Below the pieces are notes generated by a model, which searched no databases, was not told the origin of the DNA, and worked only from the letters and a program-made list of their open reading frames with translations. A stretch of 15,461 nt of DNA from Elusimicrobiota bacterium (GTDB taxonomy: Bacteria; Elusimicrobiota; Elusimicrobia; UBA1565; UBA9628). How positions within the stretch are numbered: position 1 is the stretch's first letter; each line of letters opens with the position of its first letter. A program made the translations under genes and the position numbers. The stretch is taken from contig DAHVNA010000040.1 of NCBI GenBank assembly GCA_027319565.1, positions 1-15,461 on the forward strand, in the 5' to 3' direction. Shown one piece after another: positions 15,142 through 15,461 of the stretch.

Positions 15142-15461
15142 ATGTCTAAAGCGGATATTATGGAATCAAGACGGGCGCTTCAGCGAAAAAAACGCAACAA
15201 AAAGGGCGGTGGATTTTTTTGGCTCTGGAGTAAAATCCGCTCCGCCTTGGGGCTGGCTTCAGAAGAAGCCGGAACGGGCGGGAGCGCCTTGTCCGGCGGC
15301 GGCGCCGCCGCTTCTGCGGCCACCCGCGTGGCTTCAGGAGCCCTTGAAGCGGGGGAAGGTCTTGCCCGCGTTTCCGTTCTTAGTCCCCAAGCGGGAGCCG
15401 CGGCTTCTTCCAGTTCTATTTGGGGTGGGCGTATTGCCATTGCCGCCGCGGGACTTGGAAT
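15142..15461 (+). CDS. 5' part of a hypothetical Gly/Ala/Ser-rich protein (MSKADIMESRRALQRKKRNKKGGGFFWLWSKIRSALG...); runs off the window
   Basis: AGAGGG RBS-like sequence and ATG 8 nt after the kinase stop; frame open to the window end; absent from the ORF track because it has no stop in the window. Confidence 0.7.
   Translation, partial: MSKADIMESRRALQRKKRNKKGGGFFWLWSKIRSALGLASEEAGTGGSALSGGGAAASAATRVASGALEAGEGLARVSVLSPQAGAAASSSSIWGGRIAIAAAGLG

Noticed and set aside
15180..15440. Minus-strand 86-aa Pro/Ala-rich ORF
   Set aside because: Antisense shadow of the + strand Gly/Ala-rich ORF, which has an RBS and operon context.
1..15461. CRISPR array, IS elements, defence or toxin-antitoxin genes, oriT
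   Set aside because: No spaced repeat array, transposase or recognisable defence motif was seen by eye; intergenic spaces are short and no relaxase gene is present to anchor an oriT call.

Overview
The window spans a junction between a mobile element and host DNA. Left part (1-5527): the right end of a tRNA-targeting integrative conjugative element (ICE). It carries a compact + strand operon of divergent type IV secretion genes (VirB5/TrbJ-like, VirB6-like, VirB8/TraK-like, an atypical TraN/VirB9-like gene, VirB10/TrbI-like), then an excisionase-type HTH gene and a tyrosine integrase. The integrase reads through its own attachment arm and stops inside the anticodon loop of a 3' half-copy of tRNA-Thr(CGT), the attR site. 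That loop is flanked by a perfect 9-bp inverted repeat and preceded by tandem arm-type repeats. Right part (5528-15461): host-like DNA. One apparent sigma70 operon encodes a small Ig-like protein, transaldolase, Zwf, Pgl, a GH15 glucoamylase and an extended PTS EIIA protein. After a hairpin terminator come a probably leaderless receptor-like TPR/TM/Ser-Thr kinase gene and the start of a Gly/Ala/Ser-rich protein. The host lineage is not determined; Elusimicrobiota is only a guess from protein style. All protein calls come from motifs read by eye; no searches were run.
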